Shown here one piece after another: positions 48,558 to 56,961 of a stretch of DNA of 64,000 nucleotides. Origin of the DNA: Gammaproteobacteria bacterium (GTDB lineage Bacteria > Pseudomonadota > Gammaproteobacteria > Steroidobacterales > Rariloculaceae); the NCBI GenBank assembly GCA_035644475.1, contig DASQOL010000030.1:6646-70645 (forward strand), in the 5' to 3' direction. The notes beneath the pieces are model-generated. The model made no database searches. It saw only the letters and a list, made by a program, of their open reading frames with translations, and was not told the origin of the DNA. The position numbers were made by a program, and so were the translations under genes. Within the stretch, counting starts at the first letter, position 1; each line of letters starts with the position of its first letter.

Positions 48558-49934
48558 ATGCTAGACGTGGGTTTATCGATTCTCGCCTTCATCGTCGCGA
48601 TCGGCGTGCTCGTCTCGGTTCACGAGTTCGGCCACTTCTGGGTCGCACGCAAGCTCGGCTTCAAGGTGCTGCGGTTTTCCGTAGGGTTCGGCAATCCGCT
48701 CCTGCGCCGTCGCGGCGGGCCGCCCGACTTCATCGAGTATTGGTTGTCGTCGATTCCGCTCGGCGGCTACGTCAAGATGCTCGACGAGCGCGAGGCGCCC
48801 GTGGCCGACATCGAGAGCCACCGCGCTTTCAACCGCCGGCCGGTGCCGCAACGCATCGCCGTGCTGCTCGCCGGCCCCACGTTCAATTTCTTGTTCGCGA
48901 TCCTCGCGTATTGGGTGATGTTCGCGACGGGAGTGCCCGGCATCAAACCGGTGATCGGCTCCGTCACTGACGGCTCGGTCGCGGCCCGAGCCGGGCTCGC
49001 GCCGAACGACCGGATCGAATCGGTGGGCGGCCGGCCCACCGAGACCCTCGAGGGCGCGACGCTCGCGATCCTCGACGAGTTGCTCGCCGACGGCCGAATC
49101 GCTCTCACCGTTCGCGAGCCGAACGGCAACATCAAGAGCGCGATGCTCGACGTCCGCGGCCGCGAGGCCGAGCTCACCGAGCCGGCCGCTTTGTTCAGCG
49201 GGCTCGGCATTCGGCCAGGCCCCGTGTTACCGGCGGTGATTGCCGTGATCACGCCCGGCTCCGCTGCGGAGCGTGCGGGGTTCCAAGTCGGCGACGAGGT
49301 GTTGCGCGCCGACGGCGTCGCGATTCGTGGCTGGGAGCAATGGCGGGGGTTCATCCGCGAGCGGCCCGGCGCGACCGCGACGATCGACGTGCTCCGCGAC
49401 GGGCGCACGCTCACCGTGCCCGTCACGATCCCCGCGGTCGAGGACGGCGGCAAGACGGTCGGCCAGATCGGCGCCCAGGCGTCGGAAACCCTGCCGCCGG
49501 CGACGGTCGAGAGTCTGCGCGCGGAGCAACGCTACGGCGCTCTCGAGGCGTTGCCGCGCGGCATCCAGAAGACCTGGGACATGAGCGCGCTCACGGTGCG
49601 GATGCTCGCCAAGATGGTCGTCGGCGACGTTTCGTTGAAGAACGTCTCCGGCCCGCTCCAGATCGCGAGCTATGCCGGCGCAAGCGCGCAAGCCGGATTC
49701 AGCTCGTTCCTGGACTTCCTCGCGGTGGTCAGCATCAGCCTCGGCATTCTCAACCTGCTGCCGATACCGTTGCTCGACGGAGGCCAGGTCGTCTACCAGC
49801 TCGCGGAGTGGGTCAAAGGCTCGCCGCTTTCCGATCGCGCGATGGCGGTGGGTCAGCAGATCGGGGTGTTTTTCCTGATCGTGCTCATGAGCTTCGTCTT
49901 CTACAACGACATCACCAGAATGTTCGGCTCATGA
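48558..49934 (+). CDS. rseP: RIP zinc metalloprotease RseP
   Basis: LVSVHEFGHFWVARKLG (HExxH in TM1), two PDZ-like regions and the NLLPIPLLDGG motif. Confidence 0.9.
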   Translation: MLDVGLSILAFIVAIGVLVSVHEFGHFWVARKLGFKVLRFSVGFGNPLLRRRGGPPDFIEYWLSSIPLGGYVKMLDEREAPVADIESHRAFNRRPVPQRIAVLLAGPTFNFLFAILAYWVMFATGVPGIKPVIGSVTDGSVAARAGLAPNDRIESVGGRPTETLEGATLAILDELLADGRIALTVREPNGNIKSAMLDVRGREAELTEPAALFSGLGIRPGPVLPAVIAVITPGSAAERAGFQVGDEVLRADGVAIRGWEQWRGFIRERPGATATIDVLRDGRTLTVPVTIPAVEDGGKTVGQIGAQASETLPPATVESLRAEQRYGALEALPRGIQKTWDMSALTVRMLAKMVVGDVSLKNVSGPLQIASYAGASAQAGFSSFLDFLAVVSISLGILNLLPIPLLDGGQVVYQLAEWVKGSPLSDRAMAVGQQIGVFFLIVLMSFVFYNDITRMFGS

Positions 49935-52336
49935 CGTCGCGGCGTTTCGCGGAGCTTCTGCTGCTCGTAGCAGGAGTGGGTGCGGGCGGCACGGCGCTGG
50001 CGGCGATTCAGCCGTTCGTCGTGCGCAACTTCAGCGTCGAGGGCGCGCAGCGCATCGCCGAAGGCACCATCTACAACTACCTGCCGATCAACATCGGCGA
50101 TACGGTCGACGAGCAACGGCTGCGTGAATCCGTCCGCGCGCTGTTTCAGACCGGCTTCTTCCGCGACGTCGAGTTCCGCAAGGACGGCGACACGCTCGTC
50201 ATCGTGGTGCTCGAGCGACCGTCGATCCTGGAGTTCACGTTCGACGGCAACAAGGACATCAAGGACGAAGACCTCAAGAAGTCCCTCACCAACATCGGGC
50301 TCGCGACGGGCAAGACGTTCGACCAGTCGGTGCTCGACGAGGTCGTCCGCTCGCTCACCGAGGAGTACTACAGCCGCGGCAAGTACGCCGCCAAGATCAC
50401 GCCGAGCGTGGAGTTGCTCGAGGACAACCGCGTGCGCGTCTCGATCCAGATCGAGGAGGGCGACCGGGCGAAGATCCGCCAGGTGAACATCGTCGGCAAC
50501 ACATCGTTCGAAGACAAAGAGATCCTCTCCGCCTTCGAGCTGAAGACGGGCAACTTCCTCTCGTTCATCAAGAAGAACGATCGCTATTCGAAGCAGGCGC
50601 TCGAGGGCGATCTCGAGAAGCTGCGCTCGTTCTACATGGACCGAGGCTTCGCCGACTTCCATTGGGACGACGTGCAGGTCGCGATCTCCCCCGACAAGCG
50701 CGACATCTTCGTGACGATCGGCATCACCGAAGGCGACCGTTATACGATCTCTGACGTGAAGCTCGCGGGCGACATGGTCGTGCCGGAAGACCAACTCCGC
50801 GGGCTCATCCTCGCGCAGCCGGGGCAGACGTTCTCGCAAGGCCTGCTCACGCGCAGCGAGGAGTTCATGAATACGCGGCTCGGCCTCGACGGCTACGCCT
50901 TCGCGCAGGTCCGCGCCGTGCCCGAGCTCAACAAGGAAACCAAGGAAGCCTCGATCACTTACTTCGTCGACCCGAAGAACCGCGTGTACGTGCGGCGCAT
51001 CAACTACAACGGCTCGGACAGCGTCAACGACGTGGTCTTCCGCCGCGAGATGCGCCAGCTCGAGGGCGGCTATCTGTCGAATGCGCTCGTCGACCGCTCG
51101 CAAGTACTGTTGCAGCGGTTGCCGTACGTCAAGAAGGTGGAGCACGAGACTACGCCGGTTGCGGGCAGCCCCGATCTCGTGGATGTCGACTTCAAGATCG
51201 AGGAAGGATTGCCCGGGCAGTTCGGCGGCAGCCTCGGGTTCTCCGAGACCTACGGCCTCACGCTCGGCGGCAACTTCATTCACTCGAACTTCATGGGCAC
51301 GGGCAACCGCGTGGAGGTGAACCTCCGCGGCGGCCAGTATCAGAAGGTCTACGACATCAACTACACCGACGCCTATCGCAACATCGACGGGCTCTCCCGC
51401 ACGTTGTCGTTGACGTATCAGGACATCACGCAGTACACGTCGGCCACGTCGGACTTCTCCACCACGACGCTTTCGGGCGGCATCAATTGGGCGTGGCTGA
51501 TCCGCGACTTCCAACAGGTGCGCTTCGGTTTCGCGTATCAGGACGCGGAGCTCTTGACGAGCGCGTTCAGCTCGCAGCAGGCGCTCGACTGGGTGAGGAG
51601 CAACGGCAAGGTGTTCGAGCCGAACGACCTCGACAACGACCCCACCAACTGCGGAGTCTGCGGCACGAGAGTGAGGAGCTTGGAGCTCGTCGCGGGGTGG
51701 TCGTACAACTCGCTCAATGCCGCGCTGTTCCCGACGGCCGGCATGCGCTTGTACAGCTCGTTGAACGCGGCGGTCCCCGGCAGCGACGTGGAGTACTTCA
51801 TGGCGTCGCTCGACTTCACGAAGTACGTTCCGTTGGTCGGCCGCTGGCGTTTCCGCGCCCATAGCGAGCTTGCCTACGGCGACTCGTACGGCGCAACGAC
51901 CTCGCTGCCGCCGTTCCGCCAGCGCTATGCGGGCGGCCCGGGATCGGTGCGCGGCTTCAAGGAGAGCACGCTCGGTCCGCTCGACAATCTGCGCAACCCG
52001 TACGGCGGCAACTTGCTGTTCGTGAACCAGCTCGAGCTCATCATCCCCACGCCGGCGAAGATCGGCGGCTCGACGCGAATCGCGATGTTTTACGACTTCG
52101 GCAACGTCTTTTCGACGGGCGGTGTGAAGTTCTACGACAGGCTCGGCGACCCTATCGACTACCGTTTCAATTATGATAGGTTAAAGAAATCCGTCGGCAT
52201 CGGGGTCGAATGGCTGGCGCCCCTGGGCTTGCTGCGGTTCAGCTACGCGATCCCATTGAACGAAGACCAAGAAACGGATCGATACTTCAGCGACGACACC
52301 GAGCAATTCCAGTTCTCCATCGGCCAGGCCTTTTAG
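49931..52336 (+). CDS. bamA: Outer membrane protein assembly factor BamA
   Basis: The ATG overlaps the rseP stop (ATGA). The signal peptide is followed by POTRA repeats (VRNFSVEGAQRIAEGTIYNYLPINIGD...). The C-terminal barrel ends in FQFSIGQAF. Confidence 0.9.
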   Translation: MTSRRFAELLLLVAGVGAGGTALAAIQPFVVRNFSVEGAQRIAEGTIYNYLPINIGDTVDEQRLRESVRALFQTGFFRDVEFRKDGDTLVIVVLERPSILEFTFDGNKDIKDEDLKKSLTNIGLATGKTFDQSVLDEVVRSLTEEYYSRGKYAAKITPSVELLEDNRVRVSIQIEEGDRAKIRQVNIVGNTSFEDKEILSAFELKTGNFLSFIKKNDRYSKQALEGDLEKLRSFYMDRGFADFHWDDVQVAISPDKRDIFVTIGITEGDRYTISDVKLAGDMVVPEDQLRGLILAQPGQTFSQGLLTRSEEFMNTRLGLDGYAFAQVRAVPELNKETKEASITYFVDPKNRVYVRRINYNGSDSVNDVVFRREMRQLEGGYLSNALVDRSQVLLQRLPYVKKVEHETTPVAGSPDLVDVDFKIEEGLPGQFGGSLGFSETYGLTLGGNFIHSNFMGTGNRVEVNLRGGQYQKVYDINYTDAYRNIDGLSRTLSLTYQDITQYTSATSDFSTTTLSGGINWAWLIRDFQQVRFGFAYQDAELLTSAFSSQQALDWVRSNGKVFEPNDLDNDPTNCGVCGTRVRSLELVAGWSYNSLNAALFPTAGMRLYSSLNAAVPGSDVEYFMASLDFTKYVPLVGRWRFRAHSELAYGDSYGATTSLPPFRQRYAGGPGSVRGFKESTLGPLDNLRNPYGGNLLFVNQLELIIPTPAKIGGSTRIAMFYDFGNVFSTGGVKFYDRLGDPIDYRFNYDRLKKSVGIGVEWLAPLGLLRFSYAIPLNEDQETDRYFSDDTEQFQFSIGQAF

Positions 52337-52357
52337 TTCTTGAAGGACGAAACATTC

Positions 52358-53026
52358 ATGATCAGCACGCAGCTCGCTTCGGCCACTCCGCGTCGCCGGA
52401 GCATTTTCGGCACCGGCAGCGACTCGATTGCGAGGCTGGGCGCCAAGGCCTTGCCCTTCATCGCCGTGGCGTTCGGGGCCGCGCTCGCGTTCAACGCCGA
52501 TGCGCAGACGAACCTCAAGATCGGCGTGGTCAACGTCGGCAAGCTGCTCGATGCATCGCCTCAAGCGGTGGCGGTAGGGGACAAGCTCAAGACCGAGTTC
52601 GCGTCGCGGCAGAGCGAGATCCTCAAGATGGGGCAGGATCTGCAGGCCAAGAACGACCGGTTCCAAAAGGATCAGGCCGTGATGGGCGAGGAAGAGCGCG
52701 TGAACCTGCAGCGGCAGATTCGCGACGGCCAGCGAGACCTGCAGCGCACCCAGGACCAGTACGTAGAGGACTTGAACGCCCGGCGCACCGAGGAGAGCAA
52801 CAAGCTGCTGAGCGACATCGCGGCGCGCATCCGGACCTATGCGAGCGCGCAGAATTACGATCTCGTCCTCAGCGACGCCGTTTACGTCAGCGGCCAGCTC
52901 GACATCACAGCTGAAGTCCTCAAGGCGCTACAGGCAGACGCCGGGAAGCCGGGCGCAACGCGGCCGGGCGGTGCGGCACCGGCGCCGGCGCGGCCGAGCG
53001 GTGCGGCGCCGGCACCACCGCGCTGA
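52358..53026 (+). CDS. skp: Periplasmic chaperone Skp (OmpH)
   Basis: [18 protein letters not shown]...coiled-coil...[13 protein letters not shown]. There is a Pro/Ala-rich C-terminal tail. It occupies the conserved position between bamA and lpxD. Confidence 0.8.
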   Translation: MISTQLASATPRRRSIFGTGSDSIARLGAKALPFIAVAFGAALAFNADAQTNLKIGVVNVGKLLDASPQAVAVGDKLKTEFASRQSEILKMGQDLQAKNDRFQKDQAVMGEEERVNLQRQIRDGQRDLQRTQDQYVEDLNARRTEESNKLLSDIAARIRTYASAQNYDLVLSDAVYVSGQLDITAEVLKALQADAGKPGATRPGGAAPAPARPSGAAPAPPR

Positions 53027-53076
53027 ACGGGCGCCGCCGTGCGGCCGCCCGACGATGCTCCGCGACGCTGACCGCC

Positions 53077-54123
53077 ATGACCGCGACCCTGCGCGAGCTC
53101 GCGGACCAATTCGGATGTGAGCTGCACGGCGCCGATCGAGCCGTGACCCGCGTCGGCACGCTCTCGGGGGCCGGCCCGGACGCCGTCACGTTTCTCGCGA
53201 ACGCCGCGTATCGCAAGCAGCTCGAGGCCACGCGCGCCGCGGCCGTAGTGCTCGAGGAGAAGCATCGCGCGGGCTGCCCGGTCGCGAGCCTCGTCCATCC
53301 GCAGCCCTATCTCACGTACGCCCGGATCGCGACCTACCTGAATCCTCCGCTGGTCGCCGTTCCCGGCGTCGCGGCGAGCGCCGTCCTCGCGGCGGGCGTG
53401 CGCGTCGCGCCGTCCGCGGAAGTGGGTGCGCAGGTCGTGATAGGCGGGGGCTGCGTGATCGGCGACGGCGCGGTCATCGGACCGGGGTGCGTGCTCGGCG
53501 CCAACGTCGCTGTCGGCGCGGGCTCGCGGCTCGTCGCGCGAGTGACGGTGCTCGACGACGTGCGCATCGGCGCGCGCTGCATCCTGCAGCCCGGAGCGGT
53601 CATCGGCGCCGACGGTTTCGGCTTCGCCCCCGACGCGGGCAAGTGGCTCAAGATTCCGCAATTGGGCGGCGTCGTCATCGGCGATGACGTCGAGATCGGC
53701 GCGAACACGTGCATCGATCGCGGCACGATCGACGACACCGTCATCGAGGATGGGGTGAAGCTCGACAATCTCGTGCAGATCGCGCACAACGTGCGAGTGG
53801 GCGCGCATACGGTCATGGCTGCGATGTCGGGTGCGGCGGGCAGCACCAAGATCGGCAAGCGCTGCATGGTGGGCGGCGGCGCCGTGATGATCAACCAGAT
53901 CTCCATCTGCGACGACGTGATGATCATGTTCCGCGGTGTGGTGACGAAGTCCATCGACAAGCCCGGCACCTATTCGAGCGCGTTGCCGGCGGACGAAGTC
54001 GGACGCTGGCGCCGCAACGCGGCGCGGTTCAAGAAGCTCGACGCGTTGGCGGAGCGAGTACGCGCCGCGGAGCGCGCCCTCGGCCTCACAGGAAAGACGA
54101 AAGCAGAACAAACCGATGACTGA
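53077..54123 (+). CDS. lpxD: UDP-3-O-acylglucosamine N-acyltransferase
   Basis: [18 protein letters not shown]... plus long hexapeptide-repeat LbH region and the conserved context. Confidence 0.9.
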   Translation: MTATLRELADQFGCELHGADRAVTRVGTLSGAGPDAVTFLANAAYRKQLEATRAAAVVLEEKHRAGCPVASLVHPQPYLTYARIATYLNPPLVAVPGVAASAVLAAGVRVAPSAEVGAQVVIGGGCVIGDGAVIGPGCVLGANVAVGAGSRLVARVTVLDDVRIGARCILQPGAVIGADGFGFAPDAGKWLKIPQLGGVVIGDDVEIGANTCIDRGTIDDTVIEDGVKLDNLVQIAHNVRVGAHTVMAAMSGAAGSTKIGKRCMVGGGAVMINQISICDDVMIMFRGVVTKSIDKPGTYSSALPADEVGRWRRNAARFKKLDALAERVRAAERALGLTGKTKAEQTDD

Positions 54124-54568
54124 CGACAAGACCATCGACATCAAAGGCATCCTCGAACGTCTGCCGCACCGTTTCCCCTTTCTCATGGTGGATCGCGTGC
54201 GCAGCGTGACCGCCGGCAAGTCGATCGTCGCGCTGAAGAACGTGACCGCGAACGAGGCACACTTCGAGGGGCATTTCCCCGGTCATCCGGTAATGCCCGG
54301 CGTGCTCATCATCGAGGCGCTCGCGCAGGCCGCGGGGGTGCTCGCGTGGGAGAGCGTGACGGACGAGGAGCGCCTCTGGATCCTCTACCTGGTGGGCATC
54401 GACAAGACGCGTTTCAAGCAGCCGGTGATGCCCGGTGATCAGCTCGTGCTCAACGTGGAGCTAGTGCAGCGCCGGCGGAACCTGTGGCGATTCGAGGGCC
54501 GCGCCGAGGTCGACGGCAAGGTCGTGGCTGCCACGGACCTTCTGCTCGCGGACGGGCCCAAACCTTGA
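54116..54568 (+). CDS. fabZ: 3-hydroxyacyl-ACP dehydratase FabZ
   Basis: [17 protein letters not shown]...[26 protein letters not shown]. Confidence 0.95.
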   Translation: MTDDKTIDIKGILERLPHRFPFLMVDRVRSVTAGKSIVALKNVTANEAHFEGHFPGHPVMPGVLIIEALAQAAGVLAWESVTDEERLWILYLVGIDKTRFKQPVMPGDQLVLNVELVQRRRNLWRFEGRAEVDGKVVAATDLLLADGPKP

Positions 54569-55335
54569 TCGATCCGCGAGCCGTCGTCGCCCCCGACGCG
54601 CGTCTGCACGAGAGCGTGACGGTCGGTCCGTACGCCGTCATCGGCCCCGACGTCGAGATCGGGCGCGGCACGCGCATCGAGCCGCATGCGGTGGTCAAGG
54701 GGCCGACGGTCATCGGCGAGGACAATCACATCTTTCAGTTCGCCTCGATCGGCGACGACCCGCAGGACAGAAAGTACAAGGGCGAGCGCACGATGCTCGT
54801 GATCGGCGACCGCAACACGATCCGCGAGTTCGTCACGATGAATCGCGGCACGGTGCAGGAGCAGGGCGTCACGCGCGTAGGCAACGACAACTGGATCATG
54901 GCGTACGCGCACGTCGCCCACGACTGCGTCGTCGGCAGCAACACGATCTTCGCGAACAACGCGTCGATCGCGGGACACGTGCACGTCGGCGACCACGCGA
55001 TTTTGGGCGGCTTCACCGCCGTGCACCAGTTCTGCCGGATCGGCGCGCATTCGATGACGAGCATGTTCAGTTATCTCACGAAGGACGTGCCCGCCTACAC
55101 GATGGTGTCGGGCCGCCCGGCCGAGCCGCGCGGCATCAACGCCGAAGGGCTGAAGCGGCGCGGCTTCACGCCGGAGCAGCTCCGTAACATCCGCGAGGCC
55201 TACCGAACGGTGTTCCGGCTCGGCCTGAATCTCGACGAGGCGATCGCTGACGTCGAGAAGCGCCTGCTCGAGCAGCCCGAGCTCCAGCTGTTCGTCGACT
55301 CGCTCCGAGCCGGCTCCCGCGGCATCGCCCGCTAG
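54565..55335 (+). CDS. lpxA: Acyl-ACP--UDP-N-acetylglucosamine O-acyltransferase
   Basis: The TTG start overlaps the fabZ stop (TTGA). (M)[32 protein letters not shown].. is a hexapeptide-repeat region. The C-terminal helical domain contains GLKRRGF..EQL..IREAYR. Confidence 0.9.
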   Translation: MIDPRAVVAPDARLHESVTVGPYAVIGPDVEIGRGTRIEPHAVVKGPTVIGEDNHIFQFASIGDDPQDRKYKGERTMLVIGDRNTIREFVTMNRGTVQEQGVTRVGNDNWIMAYAHVAHDCVVGSNTIFANNASIAGHVHVGDHAILGGFTAVHQFCRIGAHSMTSMFSYLTKDVPAYTMVSGRPAEPRGINAEGLKRRGFTPEQLRNIREAYRTVFRLGLNLDEAIADVEKRLLEQPELQLFVDSLRAGSRGIAR

Positions 55336-55810
55336 CGGAAAATAGGGACATGTTACTTTTTCGGTCCGGTGCTTCTTCGGCCGATCGGCGGTCGCGCCTC
55401 ACGATGGCCGGCGCTGGCGTCGCGGTGGCTGCGGTCGCACCTCGAACGAGACGTGTGACGCCTCCGCCGCGGCACGCGACTTCGCCGGCCTTCGGCCGGT
55501 CCCCTCGCCACGGCGCGTTCGCCGGGGTCCAAAACGCGGTCGCTTATTTGGTTCGCTTCGTAGAGCCGGTGTGCCGCCGCGTTTTGGATGCTCGCCTGCG
55601 GCTCGCCCCCGGGCGCTGCGCGCCCGGGCTCCGCGGCTCTCGGCGCTGTGGCTCGGCTCGTCGCTACCGCCGCGGCGGAGGCGTCACACGTCTCGTTCGA
55701 GGTGCGACCGCAGCCATTGCGCGCATCGCGCGGCCCAAAGTGAGCCACGAGCCGATCGGTGCCGGTCGAACGTTGGCGCGCGCGAAAAAGTAACATGTCC
55801 CCATCTTCTT
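55336..55810. repeat. Long copy of the AAAATAGGGACATGTT nested palindromic (foldback, MITE/ERIC-like) element
   Basis: The termini at 55336-55364 and 55783-55802 are inverted repeats. CCGATCGG occurs at 55381-88 and 55752-59. A perfect 47-bp inverted repeat lies at 55426-55472 / 55670-55716. An inner inverted repeat lies at 55528-39 / 55577-88. The termini and the CCGAT(G/C)GGCGGGTCGC segment match the short copy at 8483-8573. Confidence 0.85.
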
Positions 55811-56958
55811 CTGGGCTGCGCGTTGCGGTGGCGGCGGCCGAGGCTTCGGGCGATACGCTTGGAGCGGGGCTCATCGAGGCGTTGCGCGAGCGCGAGGCCG
55901 GCGCGGAGTTCTACGGCGTGGCGGGGCCGCGGATGATTGCGGCGGGGTGCGAGCCGTGGAATCGGGTCGAGGAGATCTCCGTGATGGGGTTTGCGGAGGT
56001 GCTGCCGCATCTGCCGCGGCTGCTCAAGCTGCGGCGCAACCTGATACGGCGGATCGAGGGCAGCGGCGCGAGCGTGTTCGTCGGCATCGACTCGCCGGAC
56101 TTCAATCTGCCGATGGCGAAGAAGCTGAAACGCGCCGGTATCCCAACCGTTCAATACGTGAGCCCCCAGGTTTGGGCGTGGCGGCAGTCGCGCGTGAAGA
56201 GTATCCGCGCGTCGGTCGATCTCGTGCTCTGCGTGCTGCCGTTCGAGACGAAGTTCTACGAGGAGCACGGCGTCCGTGCCAAGTTCATCGGCCACCCACT
56301 CGCGGACGCGATCCCACTCGAGGTCGACCGGCGCGCGGCCCGCGAGGCGCTTGGCGTGCCGTTCGACCGGCCGCTGCTCGCCGTGCTGCCGGGCAGCCGC
56401 CGTAGCGAGGTCGGCAGTCTCGCGGCGCCGTTCTTGGGCACGGCCGCGTGGCTCGAGCGCGCGCACCCCGGGCTCGAGATCGCGGTCGCGCTCGCGAGCG
56501 AGGCCGTGGGCCAGGTGTTTCGCGAGGCCGCGCGCGGCGTGGCTACCGCCAAGCCGCCGCACCTGATCGTCGGCCGCGCGCGCGAGGTCATGGCCGCGGC
56601 CGACGTCGTGCTCACGGCGTCGGGCACGGCGAGCCTCGAGGCCCTGCTGCTCAAGCGGCCGATGGTCGTCGCCCACCGGATCGAGCCCCTGACCTACTGG
56701 ATCGTGCGCCGGCTCGGTGTGGCGAAGCTGCCGCATTTCTCGCTGCCGAATCTGCTCGCGGGCCGCAACGTGGTGCAGGAGTTCGTGCAGGACCAAGTGC
56801 GGCCGGAGGTCTTGGGCCCCGCGCTTCTGTCGCTCCTCGAGACCCAAGAGCTCGGCCGCGGCTGGTATGATGCGTTCGCCACCATCCACCGACAATTGCG
56901 CTGCGACGCTAGCAGAACGGCCGCGCGCGAGGTGCTCGAGCTCGTACGGGGACGCTAG
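55795..56958 (+). CDS. lpxB: Lipid-A-disaccharide synthase
   Basis: MSPSSSGLRVAVAAAEASGDTLGAGLIEALRE... is colinear with the E. coli LpxB N-terminus (..[23 protein letters not shown]). The ATG lies inside the right terminal repeat of the palindromic element, and no SD is visible. Confidence 0.85.
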   Translation: MSPSSSGLRVAVAAAEASGDTLGAGLIEALREREAGAEFYGVAGPRMIAAGCEPWNRVEEISVMGFAEVLPHLPRLLKLRRNLIRRIEGSGASVFVGIDSPDFNLPMAKKLKRAGIPTVQYVSPQVWAWRQSRVKSIRASVDLVLCVLPFETKFYEEHGVRAKFIGHPLADAIPLEVDRRAAREALGVPFDRPLLAVLPGSRRSEVGSLAAPFLGTAAWLERAHPGLEIAVALASEAVGQVFREAARGVATAKPPHLIVGRAREVMAAADVVLTASGTASLEALLLKRPMVVAHRIEPLTYWIVRRLGVAKLPHFSLPNLLAGRNVVQEFVQDQVRPEVLGPALLSLLETQELGRGWYDAFATIHRQLRCDASRTAAREVLELVRGR

Positions 56959-56961
56959 GAC

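Noticed and set aside
55350-55874. Two ORFs of more than 140 codons on opposite strands (55350..55793 + and 55353..55874 -) inside the lpxA-lpxB insert.
   Set aside because: They mirror each other because the DNA is palindromic and GC-rich. The products are Arg/Ala/Pro-rich with no motif, start signal or SD, so the region is better explained as a non-coding foldback element.
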